From Flavobacteriales bacterium (GTDB lineage: Bacteria; Bacteroidota; Bacteroidia; Flavobacteriales_F; PHOS-HE28), in contig JAXLVG010000002.1 of the NCBI GenBank assembly GCA_046329115.1, forward strand, positions 3,714-67,713: a stretch of DNA of 64,000 nt, given 5' to 3'. How positions within the stretch are numbered: the stretch's first letter is position 1; every line of letters starts with the position of its first letter. Positions 36,715 through 46,807 of the stretch are shown here, one piece after another. The translations under genes and the position numbers were made by a program. The notes below the pieces were generated by a model. The model searched no databases and was not told the DNA's origin. It saw only the letters and a program-made list of their open reading frames with translations.

Positions 36715-38922
36715 ATGCGCCTGCTCCACCACGCCCTTGCCCTGGCCGCCCTCACCGCCAGCCTCTCCGTGCACGCCCAACCGGCGTTCCGCTCGGCAAG
36801 CTCGGCGATGTTCAATGACACGATCTGCACAGTGAACAAGCCTGCCGGCGTGGTGACCGGGGATGTACTGATCGCGTGCGGGTTTGGGGAAGGGGCGTCG
36901 TTATCGGGTCCGACCTTCGTTGCACCCAACGGATGGACCCTGGCCGCTACGCAGTCCATGAACCTTTCAGCACGAATAGTGCTCTACAGCCGGGTCGTGA
37001 CCGCTACCGAACCAGCGTCCTATGTGTGGAGCGCGTCCCCCATCCAAGGGGGTGGTGTCGTCGGCATCATGGCCTTCAGTGGCATTGACACCATTGCTCC
37101 GATCGATGTGATCGCCGGGTCGAGCACGAGCACCAACATCACCCAGACGGCTCCTTCGGTCACCCCGAGCTTCAGTCCGGCCATGATCCTCACCTGGCAT
37201 GCGAACCTCAGCTGCAACACCTGGACATCACCCGCGGGCATGATCCAGGCGATCAGCAGATCCTCCACACAGCCTTTCAACGTGGCAGGTGTCTCGATCT
37301 GCGGCAGTTACCTGTTCCAAGCCACGGCCGCGGCCACAGGAACGCTCACTGCAACGCTCGGGTTGGACCTTGATCAGATCGGCCGCGCCTACACGCTGGC
37401 CCTGCGCTCGGCCAACACCACCCCCACGGCCACCAACCTCAACGCGCCCGAGGTCGTGTTCGAGGACACGCCCCAGGACCTCACGGACATCGTAGTGGGC
37501 GATGCCCAGGGATCGAACCTCACCGTTACGCTCATGCTCTCCAACCCGGTCGTCGGCAGCCTTAGCACCGCTACGGTGAACAGCACCACGTCCAGCTTTA
37601 CCAGCTCCACCGGCGTATGGACCGCCACCGGTCCTGCCGCCGACCTGAACACGCTCCTCGCCGGGCTCATCTTCAACCCCGCTCTGAACTACTACGGCTC
37701 GTTCACCCTGGGCGTGCAGGTGAGCGATGGCGCGCTGAGCGTCACCGGCACCAAGGCCTTCACCGTGGAACCGGAGAACGATGCCCCCACCCTGAGCGCG
37801 CCCACCTCTTTCGCTTGTGCCCTTGGCAAGCCCCTCATGATCAGTGTGGCCGGTCTCAACGGCATCACCGTGAACGATGCGGACGACACCAGCCTGGAGA
37901 TGGACCTGGACTTCACCCTCGGCTCGGCCTCCGTCACCCTGGCCACCACAGCAGGCCTCACCTTCACCCAGGGCGACGGCACGGCGGACAACCGCATGAC
38001 CTTCCAAGGCACCAAGGCCGCCATCAACGCAGCGCTCAACGGCATGGTGGTGCTGATGAACACCTACGGCAACGTGGCCAACGTCTTCACGGTCACCGAC
38101 CTGGGCGGTGGCCTGGGCATGCCGCAGGCCTCGGTCTCACAGTCCCTCGTCTTCCAGGTGCGCAACCTGCAGGTGAACGCCCGCGTGGTGCTGCAAGGCG
38201 CGTACGATGCCACCACCGGCCTGATGAACGACAACCTGCGCAGTGCGGGCCTGGTACCTCTGACACAGCCCTTCACCGCACTGGGCTACCAGCACCTCAA
38301 GGGCGGTGGCGCGGAGGTGACCACGCCCGCCGTGCTCGCCGTCACCGGCCCGAACGCCATCGTGGACTGGGTGCTGGTGGAGAAGCGCAACAGCACCGGC
38401 TCCACCGTGCTCTGCTCCACGGCCGCCCTGCTGCAGCGCGATGGCGATGTAGTGGAGGTGAACGGCACCTCGCCCGTGAAGCTCCATGACATCACCACCT
38501 CCGGTGCCATCGTGGTCCGCCACCGCAATCACCTGGGCGTGATGTCCGGCAACTTGAGCTTCAGCACCGGGCAGAACCCCACGCCCACGGCGGTGGACTT
38601 CACGCTGGCGGCCACCGCCACCTACGGCAGCAATGCGCGCACAAGCATCACCGGTGCGTTCCCGGTGCAAGCGCTGTGGGCCGGCGATGTGAACTTCAAC
38701 GGCACCACCCGGTACGTGGGCGCCGGCAACGATCGCGATCCGATCCTGCTGACCGTTGGCAGCACCGCGCCCAACAACGTGATCAACTCCACCTACAGCA
38801 CCCGCGATGTGAACCTTGACGGGCAGGTGAAGTACACCGGTGCGGACAACGATCGCGACCCTATCCTCCTCACCGTGGGCAGCACCACGCCCAACAATGT
38901 GCGCTTGGCGCAAGTGCCGTGA
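36715..38922 (+). CDS. Secreted cadherin-like/Ig-like repeat protein with the novel RHRNHL/twin dockerin-like C-terminal module (ends ...LAQVP)
   Basis: Signal peptide MRLLHHALALAALTASLSVHAQ. A central region has ...VEPENDAPTLSAP... and related repeats. The C-terminal roughly 250 aa (about 38169-38922) reads VLQGAYDATTGLMNDNLRSAGLVPLTQPFTALGY...IVVRHRNHLGVM...WAGDVNFNG...NDRDPILL...TAPNN...DVNLDG...NDRDPILL...TTPNN. Confidence 0.8.
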   Translation: MRLLHHALALAALTASLSVHAQPAFRSASSAMFNDTICTVNKPAGVVTGDVLIACGFGEGASLSGPTFVAPNGWTLAATQSMNLSARIVLYSRVVTATEPASYVWSASPIQGGGVVGIMAFSGIDTIAPIDVIAGSSTSTNITQTAPSVTPSFSPAMILTWHANLSCNTWTSPAGMIQAISRSSTQPFNVAGVSICGSYLFQATAAATGTLTATLGLDLDQIGRAYTLALRSANTTPTATNLNAPEVVFEDTPQDLTDIVVGDAQGSNLTVTLMLSNPVVGSLSTATVNSTTSSFTSSTGVWTATGPAADLNTLLAGLIFNPALNYYGSFTLGVQVSDGALSVTGTKAFTVEPENDAPTLSAPTSFACALGKPLMISVAGLNGITVNDADDTSLEMDLDFTLGSASVTLATTAGLTFTQGDGTADNRMTFQGTKAAINAALNGMVVLMNTYGNVANVFTVTDLGGGLGMPQASVSQSLVFQVRNLQVNARVVLQGAYDATTGLMNDNLRSAGLVPLTQPFTALGYQHLKGGGAEVTTPAVLAVTGPNAIVDWVLVEKRNSTGSTVLCSTAALLQRDGDVVEVNGTSPVKLHDITTSGAIVVRHRNHLGVMSGNLSFSTGQNPTPTAVDFTLAATATYGSNARTSITGAFPVQALWAGDVNFNGTTRYVGAGNDRDPILLTVGSTAPNNVINSTYSTRDVNLDGQVKYTGADNDRDPILLTVGSTTPNNVRLAQVP

Positions 38923-38995
38923 GCGGTCTGGACCAGAGGTAATGACCGAAGCCCTGCGTGAAGCGGGGCGGCTATCGCTCACCGGACCACCGCGC

Positions 38996-39781
38996 TCACT
39001 TACTCGTTCCAGGGCCTTGGGCGCGCTCCGCCCAGGCCTTCTCCAGTGCCATGCGGAAGGTCTCCTGAGGTTGGGCACCGCTCACGGCGAAGCGCCGGTC
39101 GAACACGAAGAAGGGCACGCCGCGAACGCCCAGCCTGGCCGCCTCCTGCTCGTCGGCCCGTACCTCTGCGGCCCAGCCATCACCGGCCAGCGCCTGTTCG
39201 ACCGTCTGCGCGTCCAGCCCGACCTCTTTGGCGAGCTGAAGTAGGAAGGCCCGATCCGCCAGGTGGCGGCCCTCGGTGAAGTAGGCGCGGAAAAGTCGCT
39301 CCTTCACCCGGTCACCCGCGCCCTCGCGCTTGGCGTACTGTAGCAGGCGGTGCGCATCGAAGGAGCTGCCCACGATGGTCTTCTCCATGTCGTACTGCAG
39401 GCCCAGGCCTGCCGCCCGGTCCACCACGCCCTGCACCCGGGAGCGGGCCTCGGCCTCGGAGATCCCGTAGCGCTCCATCAGCATGGCGATGGTGCTCTGC
39501 CCGGTGCTGGGTGGCGCATCCGGGTCCAGCTCGAAGCTGCGCCACACCACCTGCACGCTGTCCTTGTGGGGGAACTCCGCCAGCGCATGCTCCAGCTCGC
39601 GCTTGCCGATGTAACAGAAAGGGCACACCACGTCGCTCCACACCTCGATGGTGAGGGGCTGGCCGGTGCCGCCGGTGGGTCGTTCGTTCATGAGGGGTTG
39701 GAACTGGGCGCGGACGGGCATCAACGCCAGGGTCAGCCCCGCAACGGCGAGGGGGCGGCGCAGCCGTTCCGGGAGTTCCAT
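38996..39781 (-). CDS. DsbA/FrnE-family thiol-disulfide oxidoreductase (CPFC)
   Basis: Signal peptide. VWSDVVCPFCYIGKRELEHAL...GVRGVPFFVFDRRFAVSGAQP. Confidence 0.8.
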   Translation of the reverse strand: MELPERLRRPLAVAGLTLALMPVRAQFQPLMNERPTGGTGQPLTIEVWSDVVCPFCYIGKRELEHALAEFPHKDSVQVVWRSFELDPDAPPSTGQSTIAMLMERYGISEAEARSRVQGVVDRAAGLGLQYDMEKTIVGSSFDAHRLLQYAKREGAGDRVKERLFRAYFTEGRHLADRAFLLQLAKEVGLDAQTVEQALAGDGWAAEVRADEQEAARLGVRGVPFFVFDRRFAVSGAQPQETFRMALEKAWAERAQGPGTSK

Positions 39782-39844
39782 GCCGGCAAAGTTCGGTCGT
39801 CCATCCCGCGGATGAACCGCCCATCACATTGGAAACGTTCCCTA

Positions 39845-39876
39845 TTGCATTTCGTTTCCGTCGTTCCATACGTTTG
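39845..39876 (+). promoter_or_regulatory. Bacteroidota-type sigma-A promoter candidate (-33 TTG / -7 TAcgTTTG) for the tetR-efflux operon
   Basis: ttg at 39845-39847 and tacgtttg at 39869-39876 with a 21 nt spacer, about 37 nt upstream of the TetR ATG. Confidence 0.35.
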
Positions 39877-39912
39877 CGCCCCCCTAGAAATCGCCTTTCC
39901 GCCCGACCTGCA

Positions 39913-40533
39913 ATGGACATCCGCAAAAAGGAGATCCTGGAACAAGCTATGAAGCTCTTCATGCGCCTGGGCATCAAGAGCATGACCATGGACGACGTGG
40001 CCACGCACCTGCGCGTGAGCAAGAAGACGCTGTACGAACATTTCAAGGACAAGAACGACCTGGTGGAGCAGGTGGTGGCCGCCGTGTGCAAGCACCACAG
40101 CTCCAGCATCGATGCCATCTGCGCAAAGGGGCTCAACGCGATCGACGAGAACCACGAGATCACCAAGTTCATCGTAGCCCAGATCGGCGGGGTGCACCCC
40201 AGCGTGCAGTTCGATCTGCAGAAGTACCACCCCAAGGCCTGGGAGACACTGGAGCACTCCGAACAGAACGATGTGCACCGCTGCGTCACCTCCAACCTGC
40301 GGAAGGGCATCAAGGAGGGGCTCTACCGCGATGACCTGGACGTGGAGGTGATCACCCGCCTCTACCTCGCCCGCATGGACACCACGTGGGACGGCCGCGT
40401 GTTCCCGCCGGAGCAGTTCAACATCACCGACGTGCTCTGGAAGCACTTCGAATACCACATCCGCGGGATCGCCAGCCGCAAGGGCGTGGACTACCTCGAC
40501 AAGAAAGTGAAGAAGGAACGGGCCAACGCCTGA
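39913..40533 (+). CDS. TetR/AcrR-family transcriptional regulator
   Basis: MKLFMRLGIKSMTMDDVATHLRVSKKTLYEHFKDKNDLV (HTH). It is the first gene of the efflux operon. Confidence 0.85.
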   Translation: MDIRKKEILEQAMKLFMRLGIKSMTMDDVATHLRVSKKTLYEHFKDKNDLVEQVVAAVCKHHSSSIDAICAKGLNAIDENHEITKFIVAQIGGVHPSVQFDLQKYHPKAWETLEHSEQNDVHRCVTSNLRKGIKEGLYRDDLDVEVITRLYLARMDTTWDGRVFPPEQFNITDVLWKHFEYHIRGIASRKGVDYLDKKVKKERANA

Positions 40534-40545
40534 ACACCGACCGCC

Positions 40546-41874
40546 ATGAAGATCATCCTCACCGTACTGGGCCTCTCCACCGCGTTGCTCACGCACGCGC
40601 AGGGCCCCCTCAGCCTCAGCCTGCAACAGGCCATGGACCTGGCCGCGCAGCAGAGCTACGCCGTGCGCGCCAGCGCCCTGGAGGCGCAGAAGAGCATCGC
40701 CCGTTCCAAGGAGGTCACCGCCATCGGCTTCCCGCAGATCAACGGCGAGGCCCAGATGCAGAACTTCATCGATGTGCCCACGCAGCTGGTGCCGAACTTC
40801 TTCACGCCCGGTATCGGGCCGGAGTACATCGCGGCACAGTTCTCCCTGCCGTGGAACGCCAGCGGCGGCGTCACCCTCACCCAGCTCCTGTTCGACGGCA
40901 GCTACCTGGTGGGCCTGCAGGCCGCGCGTGAACTGAAGGTGCAGAGCGAGGAGGACCTGCTGAAGGCACAGGCCGATGCGCGCAACCAGGCCGCCAAGGC
41001 CTACTTCGGCGTGCTCGGCGCCGAGGAGGGCATGCGCCTGGTGGGCGAAGGCATCCCCCTGCTGGAGAAGAGCCTGCGCGAAGTGATCGCCATGAAGGAC
41101 GCGGGCTTCATGGAGCAGACGGACGCGGACCGCATCAACATCCAGCTGGAGCAGGCACGCGCACAACAACGCGACTTCCAACGGCAGGCCGACGTGGCGC
41201 GCATGCTGCTGGCCCTCACCCTGGGCACCCCGCAGGGCACGCCCATCACCCTTACCGACAAGCTGGAGACCATCCTCGCCGACGGCGGTGAGGCCGGCCT
41301 CGCCGAGCAGGCCTTCGACCCCGCCGGCCATGTGGAGCAGCGCCAGGCCGACGTGCTGGTGCGCCTGCAGGAACTGAACGTGCGCAACGACAAGGCCAAG
41401 GCCCTCCCCTCGCTCGGCGGCTTCATCTCGCACCAGCAGGTGTGGAACGGCCCCAGCTTCGATCCCGGCGGCGAATACCCCTTCTACCCCACCACCGTGT
41501 GGGGCCTGAAGCTCAGCGTGCCCATCCTCAGCTCGGGCCAGCGCTACCACAAGCTCAAGCAGGACCAGCTGGCCCTGGAGCAGGTGCAGATCAACCGCAC
41601 CGCCACCGAGCAGCGCCTGCGCATGCAGGCCGAACAGCAGCGCACCCAGGTGCGCGCCGCGTACGACAGCTACGGCACCTCCGAGCGCAACCTGCAACTG
41701 GCGAAAAGCATCTTCGACCGCACCAGCATCAAGTTCACCAACGGCTCCGCCTCCAGCTTCGAGCTCACGCAGGAACAGGGCAATCACCTGGTGGCCCAGC
41801 AGACCTACGTGCAGAACCTGGTGCAGCTGCTCATCGCCCGCGCCGACCTGCGCAAGGCCCTCGACCTCTACTGA
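40546..41874 (+). CDS. TolC-family outer-membrane efflux protein
   Basis: Signal peptide, two-fold repeat architecture, and a C-terminus typical of OMF proteins. It lies 12 nt after tetR. Confidence 0.8.
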   Translation: MKIILTVLGLSTALLTHAQGPLSLSLQQAMDLAAQQSYAVRASALEAQKSIARSKEVTAIGFPQINGEAQMQNFIDVPTQLVPNFFTPGIGPEYIAAQFSLPWNASGGVTLTQLLFDGSYLVGLQAARELKVQSEEDLLKAQADARNQAAKAYFGVLGAEEGMRLVGEGIPLLEKSLREVIAMKDAGFMEQTDADRINIQLEQARAQQRDFQRQADVARMLLALTLGTPQGTPITLTDKLETILADGGEAGLAEQAFDPAGHVEQRQADVLVRLQELNVRNDKAKALPSLGGFISHQQVWNGPSFDPGGEYPFYPTTVWGLKLSVPILSSGQRYHKLKQDQLALEQVQINRTATEQRLRMQAEQQRTQVRAAYDSYGTSERNLQLAKSIFDRTSIKFTNGSASSFELTQEQGNHLVAQQTYVQNLVQLLIARADLRKALDLY

Positions 41875-41907
41875 CCGATCCACACCCGCTTCAAGAACCC
41901 ATCCGTG

Positions 41908-43062
41908 ATGAAGAACACGATCGCATACATCCTCCTCGCCACGCTGCTCGCCGCCTGCGGCGCCCAGGAGCCCCAAGGAGAGCTCGGCCGCAAGCGTGCG
42001 GAACGTGACTCGCTGAAGGCCGCCTACGACGAGCTGGGCGTCCGCATCAAGGAGATCGAGGAATGGCTCGCAGCCAACGACAGCACGGCCCGGCGCAACC
42101 TGCCCATGGTGCGCGTGCAGCCCCTGCGCACCACCCGCTTCGACCACTACGTGGACGTGCACGGCAGCGTGAAGGCCGACCGCGCCGCAGCGCTCTACGC
42201 CATGGGCGGCGGCCGCGTGCGCACCATTCACGTGAGCATCGGCGACCGTGTGCAGCGCGGCGACCAGCTGATCACGCTGGACAACGACATCATCCGTGAG
42301 CAGATCGAGCAGGCGCGCACCGGCTACGAGCTGGCGCGCACCGCCTTCGAGAAGCAGGACCGCCTCTGGAAGCAGCAGATCGGCAGCGAGATGCAATGGC
42401 TGCAGGCCAAGGCCCAGATGGAGCAGGCCAAGGCCGGGCTGGACGCACTGCACGAGCAGCAGCGCCTGAGCAACGTCACCGCACCGTTCGACGGCACCGT
42501 GGACGACATCATGGTGCGCGTGGGCGACATGGCCGCACCGCAGGTCCCCGTGGCCCGCGTGGTGGACCTGTCCGGCGCCCAGCTGGAGGCCGACATGCCC
42601 GAGAACTACCTGGACCGCGTGCGCAAGGATGCGCCCGCACGAGTCCGCTTCCCCTCGCTCGACACCACTTTCGAGGCGCATGTGGAGCATGTGGGCACCT
42701 TCATCGACCCGGCCAACCGAACCTTCAAGCTGGTGGTGCACGTGCCCAAGGGCGGCGGCTATATCCGCCCCAACCTGCTCAGCGACATCAGTGTGCTGGA
42801 CCAGCGCATCGACAGCGCCATCGTGGTGCCGGCCGGCGCCATCCTGGAGGATGTGAACGGCACCAGCTACGTGTTCACCGTGGAAGCCACCAACGGCGAA
42901 GCCCACGCCACCAAGGTGCCCGTGCGCCGGGTGAGCGAGTACAAAGGCCAGGCCTGCATCGCGCCCCTGGCCGCCGGCACCTTGAACAGTGCCGCCTCCG
43001 TGGTGACCGACGGCGCACGCAACCTGAGCAACGGCCAGCTGGTGCGCATCAGCGACCTGTGA
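41908..43062 (+). CDS. Efflux RND transporter periplasmic adaptor subunit (HlyD/MFP family)
   Basis: Lipoprotein signal LLATLLAACGAQ, a coiled-coil region, and beta-barrel/MP domains (GTVDDIMVRVGDM..., ...VVPAGAILEDVNGTSYVF). Confidence 0.8.
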   Translation: MKNTIAYILLATLLAACGAQEPQGELGRKRAERDSLKAAYDELGVRIKEIEEWLAANDSTARRNLPMVRVQPLRTTRFDHYVDVHGSVKADRAAALYAMGGGRVRTIHVSIGDRVQRGDQLITLDNDIIREQIEQARTGYELARTAFEKQDRLWKQQIGSEMQWLQAKAQMEQAKAGLDALHEQQRLSNVTAPFDGTVDDIMVRVGDMAAPQVPVARVVDLSGAQLEADMPENYLDRVRKDAPARVRFPSLDTTFEAHVEHVGTFIDPANRTFKLVVHVPKGGGYIRPNLLSDISVLDQRIDSAIVVPAGAILEDVNGTSYVFTVEATNGEAHATKVPVRRVSEYKGQACIAPLAAGTLNSAASVVTDGARNLSNGQLVRISDL

Positions 43063-43084
43063 CCGCAACGGATCCGTTACGACC

Positions 43085-46000
43085 ATGAACGCACACGACA
43101 TCGAGAAGGACCTGCACGGGCCCGAACGCCAGTTCGCCATCACCAGCTGGGCGGTGAAGAACCGCACCACGGTGATCGTGCTCACCCTCCTGATCTGCCT
43201 CACCGGCATCTACTCCTACATGGTGATGCCGAAGGAGAGCTTCCCCGAGGTGGTGACGCCCGAGATCTACGTGGGCACCCCCTACAACAGCAGCTCGGTG
43301 GTGGACATCGAGAAGCTGATCACCAAGCCGCTGGAGAAGGAGATCAACACCATCAGCGGGGTGGACCAGATCAAGAGCACCAGCGTGCCGAACTACTCGG
43401 TGATCGACGTGAAGTTCAACTACAACGTCACCCCCACCGAGGCGCTGCGCAAGGTGAAGGACGCGGTGGACAAGGCCCGCGGCGATGCGGACTTCCCGCG
43501 CGACCTGCCGGCCGAGCCCAACGTGTTCGAGATGAACTTCAGCGAGCTGATGCCGGTGATGAACATCAACATCAGCGGCGACTATCCGCTGGAGCAGCTG
43601 CACCAGTACGCCAAGCACCTGGAGGACCGCATCGAGAGCCTGCCCGAGATCAACAAGGTGGAGATCCGCGGCGTGCCCGAGCGCGAGATGCGCGTAAGCG
43701 TGGACCTGGCACGGCTGGAGGCGCTGGAGCTCAGCTTCAACGACGTGGCCATGGCCCTGCAGAGCGAGAACCTCACCATGAGCGGCGGCGAACTGCTGGT
43801 GAACGGCCAGCGCCGCGCCGTGCGCGTGATCGGCGAGTTCAAGGACGTGGAGCAGGTGAAGGACATCGTGGTGAAGAACGAGTTCCAGCGCGAGGTGCGC
43901 CTGGGCGACATCGCCTCCGTGGAGTTCGCCTACAAGGAGGCCGAGAGCTTCGCCCGCGAGTACGGCAAGCCCGTGGTGATGCTGGACGTGATCAAGCGCG
44001 CCGGGGAGAACCTGCTCACCGCGAGCGACAACATCGAGCGCATCCTCGCCGAGGACAAGGGCCGCGTGCTGCCCGCCGACCTCACCATCACCAAGACCGG
44101 TGATCAGAGCGACCAGACACGCGCCAGCGTGGACGAGCTGATGAACCACATCGTGCTCGGGGTGATCCTGGTGGTGGGCGTGCTCATGCTCTTCCTGGGC
44201 CTGCGCAACGCCCTCTTCGTGGGCCTCGCGATCCCCATGAGCATGTTCATCTCCTTCACCGTGCTGAACGCCTTCGGCGTCACGCTGAACATCATGGTGC
44301 TCTTCTCCCTGATCCTCGCCCTCGGCCGACTGGTCGACGACGGAATCGTGATCGTGGAGAACATCTACCGCCACATGAGCAACGGCGAGCCCCCGCTGAA
44401 AGCCACCCGCCTTGCCGTGGGCGAAGTGACCCTGCCGATCAGCACCGCCACCATCGCCACGGTGATGGTCTTCGTGCCCCTGCTCTTCTGGCCCGGCCTC
44501 ATGGGCGAGTTCATGAAGTGGATGCCCATCACCTTCATGATCGCCCTGGGCTCCTCGCTCTTCGTGGCACTGGTGGTGAACCCGGCGCTCGCCTCCAAGT
44601 TCATGAAGGTGAACGAGGCACCGCCCACCATGCGCGGCACCTGGCGCACCGCCGGCATCCTGATGGCCGTGGGCTCGGGCCTCATCGCCCTCGGCCTGGG
44701 CACGCACCTCAACGCCATCTTCGGTCTGGGCACGCTCGCGTTCTTCCTCGGCATCCTCGCCCTGGTCTTCACCAAGTGGATCGTGCCCGCCACGGACTGG
44801 TTCCAGAACACCTGGCTGCCGCGCCTGGAGGACCGCTACGAGGCCTTCCTGCGCTACGCCCTCGCCAAGCACCACCCACGCACCTTCTTCCTGGGCACCA
44901 TCGGCCTGCTGGTCGCGGCCTTCGCCCTCATCGGCATCGCCCCGCCCAAGACCCTCTTCTTCCCCGCCAACCAGCCGCAGTACATCAACGCCTTCATCGA
45001 GGCGCCCATCGGCACGGACATCCTGAAGACGGACAGCGTGGCCCGCGCGATCGAGGCGCAGGTGATGCGCGTGATCAACGCACCGAAGTACATGGAGGTG
45101 CGCACCATCACCTTGCCGGACGGCACCACCCGCACGGACACGGTGAACAAGGTCGTGAACTCGGTGATCACCCAGGTGGGCCGCGGCACCAGCGACCCCG
45201 GCAGCGGTGAAATGGAGCTGAGCGCCACGCCCCACAAGGCCCGCGTGCAGGTGAGCTTCGTGAAGTACGCCGACCGCCACGGCATCAAGACCAACACGGT
45301 GCTCGAGGAGCTCCAGAAGGGCGTCACCGGCTACCCCGGCGTGCTCGTGTCCGTGGTGAAGAACGCCGACGGGCCGCCCGTGGGCAAACCCATCAACATC
45401 GAGATCACCGGCGACGACATCGAAGGCCTGCTGGCCGAGGCCGAGCGCGTGAAGACCTTCATCGAGGGCCGCAACGTGCCCGGTGTGGAGGCGCTGCGCA
45501 TCGACATCGACCGCGCCAAGCCGGAGATGCCCATCACCATCGACCGCGCGAAGGCCCGTCGCTTCAACGTGAGCACCTACGCCATCGCGGACGCCATCCG
45601 CACCGCGCTCTTCGGCAAGGAGGTGAGCACCTACCGCATCGACGGGGACGATGACGACTACGAGATCAACGTGCGCCTGAAGGACGAGTACCGCTACGAC
45701 CCCCAGCGTCTGATGGACATGAAGATCACCTTCCGCGACATGCTCACCGGCCAGATCCGCCAGGTGCCCATCAGCGCTGTGGCAACCGCCGAGCGCGGCA
45801 CCAGCTTCAGCGCCATCAAGCGCAAGGACCTCAAGCGCGTGGTGACAGTGAGCAGCAACGTGATCGCCGGCTACAACAACAACGAGGTGGTGCAGCACGT
45901 GAAGGACGAGATGGCCTCCGGCTTCGATGCCGACGACCGCTTCGCCATGCGCTTCACCGGCGAGCAGGAGGACCAGGCCAAGGACATGGGCTTCCTGATG

Positions 46001-46669
46001 GTGGCCTTCCTGGTGGCCATCTTCATCGTGTTCCTCATCATCGTGGCCCAGTTCAACAGCATCAGCTACCCGGCCGTGGTGCTCAGCACGGTGATCTTCT
46101 CCACCATCGGCGTGTTCCTCGGGCTCGTGGTGTTCCGCATGGAGTTCGTGGTGCTCATGACCATGCTCGGCATCATCTCGCTGATCGGCGTGGTGGTGAA
46201 CAACGCCATCGTGCTCATGGACTTCGCACGTCTGCTCTTCGCGCGCAGCCGCCGGTTGCTCGGCCTCGACGAGGAGGCCGTGCTGCCGATCAACGAGAGC
46301 CGCGAGGCCCTGGTGCTGGCCGGCAAGACGCGTCTGCGTCCCGTGCTGCTCACCGCCGTCACCGCCATCCTCGGCCTGCTGCCGCTCGCCATCGGCATCA
46401 ACTTCAACTTCTTCACGCTCTTCAGCGAGCTGGACCCGCACATCCACATGGGCGGTGACAACAGCATCTTCTGGAGCCCGCTGAGCTGGGCCGTGATCTT
46501 CGGCCTCACCTTCGCCACCTTCCTCACGCTGATCATGGTGCCGGTGATGCTGCTGATCATCGCCAAGATCAAGCACCGCCGCGCCTCCAAGCGCGGGCTC
46601 ATCCAACTGCCCAAGGTGGTCATCCCCCCGGTGGAGCCTCAGGGCGACATGGGGCCGGTGCTCCAGTGA
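43085..46669 (+). CDS. Efflux RND transporter permease subunit (AcrB/HAE1-like)
   Basis: 1194 aa with 12 predicted TM helices and two large periplasmic loops. It has the FSLILALGRLVDDGIVIVENI and MVLMDFARLL motifs. Confidence 0.9.
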   Translation: MNAHDIEKDLHGPERQFAITSWAVKNRTTVIVLTLLICLTGIYSYMVMPKESFPEVVTPEIYVGTPYNSSSVVDIEKLITKPLEKEINTISGVDQIKSTSVPNYSVIDVKFNYNVTPTEALRKVKDAVDKARGDADFPRDLPAEPNVFEMNFSELMPVMNINISGDYPLEQLHQYAKHLEDRIESLPEINKVEIRGVPEREMRVSVDLARLEALELSFNDVAMALQSENLTMSGGELLVNGQRRAVRVIGEFKDVEQVKDIVVKNEFQREVRLGDIASVEFAYKEAESFAREYGKPVVMLDVIKRAGENLLTASDNIERILAEDKGRVLPADLTITKTGDQSDQTRASVDELMNHIVLGVILVVGVLMLFLGLRNALFVGLAIPMSMFISFTVLNAFGVTLNIMVLFSLILALGRLVDDGIVIVENIYRHMSNGEPPLKATRLAVGEVTLPISTATIATVMVFVPLLFWPGLMGEFMKWMPITFMIALGSSLFVALVVNPALASKFMKVNEAPPTMRGTWRTAGILMAVGSGLIALGLGTHLNAIFGLGTLAFFLGILALVFTKWIVPATDWFQNTWLPRLEDRYEAFLRYALAKHHPRTFFLGTIGLLVAAFALIGIAPPKTLFFPANQPQYINAFIEAPIGTDILKTDSVARAIEAQVMRVINAPKYMEVRTITLPDGTTRTDTVNKVVNSVITQVGRGTSDPGSGEMELSATPHKARVQVSFVKYADRHGIKTNTVLEELQKGVTGYPGVLVSVVKNADGPPVGKPINIEITGDDIEGLLAEAERVKTFIEGRNVPGVEALRIDIDRAKPEMPITIDRAKARRFNVSTYAIADAIRTALFGKEVSTYRIDGDDDDYEINVRLKDEYRYDPQRLMDMKITFRDMLTGQIRQVPISAVATAERGTSFSAIKRKDLKRVVTVSSNVIAGYNNNEVVQHVKDEMASGFDADDRFAMRFTGEQEDQAKDMGFLMVAFLVAIFIVFLIIVAQFNSISYPAVVLSTVIFSTIGVFLGLVVFRMEFVVLMTMLGIISLIGVVVNNAIVLMDFARLLFARSRRLLGLDEEAVLPINESREALVLAGKTRLRPVLLTAVTAILGLLPLAIGINFNFFTLFSELDPHIHMGGDNSIFWSPLSWAVIFGLTFATFLTLIMVPVMLLIIAKIKHRRASKRGLIQLPKVVIPPVEPQGDMGPVLQ

Positions 46670-46690
46670 GCGCAGACATACCACGCGATG

Positions 46691-46716
46691 GAACGGCCCC
46701 GGTAGCGGGGCCGTTC
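46691..46716 (+). terminator. Terminator hairpin after the RND operon
   Basis: gaacggccccg-gtag-cggggccgttc, 22 nt after the stop. Confidence 0.45.
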
Positions 46717-46807
46717 CCGTTCCCGCCCGCCGCTATGAACAGCCGCATCGTGGAAGGTCGTTCCGGATCCACGGCCACCCCTCCCCCGCTTCCGGTATGT
46801 TCGCTCG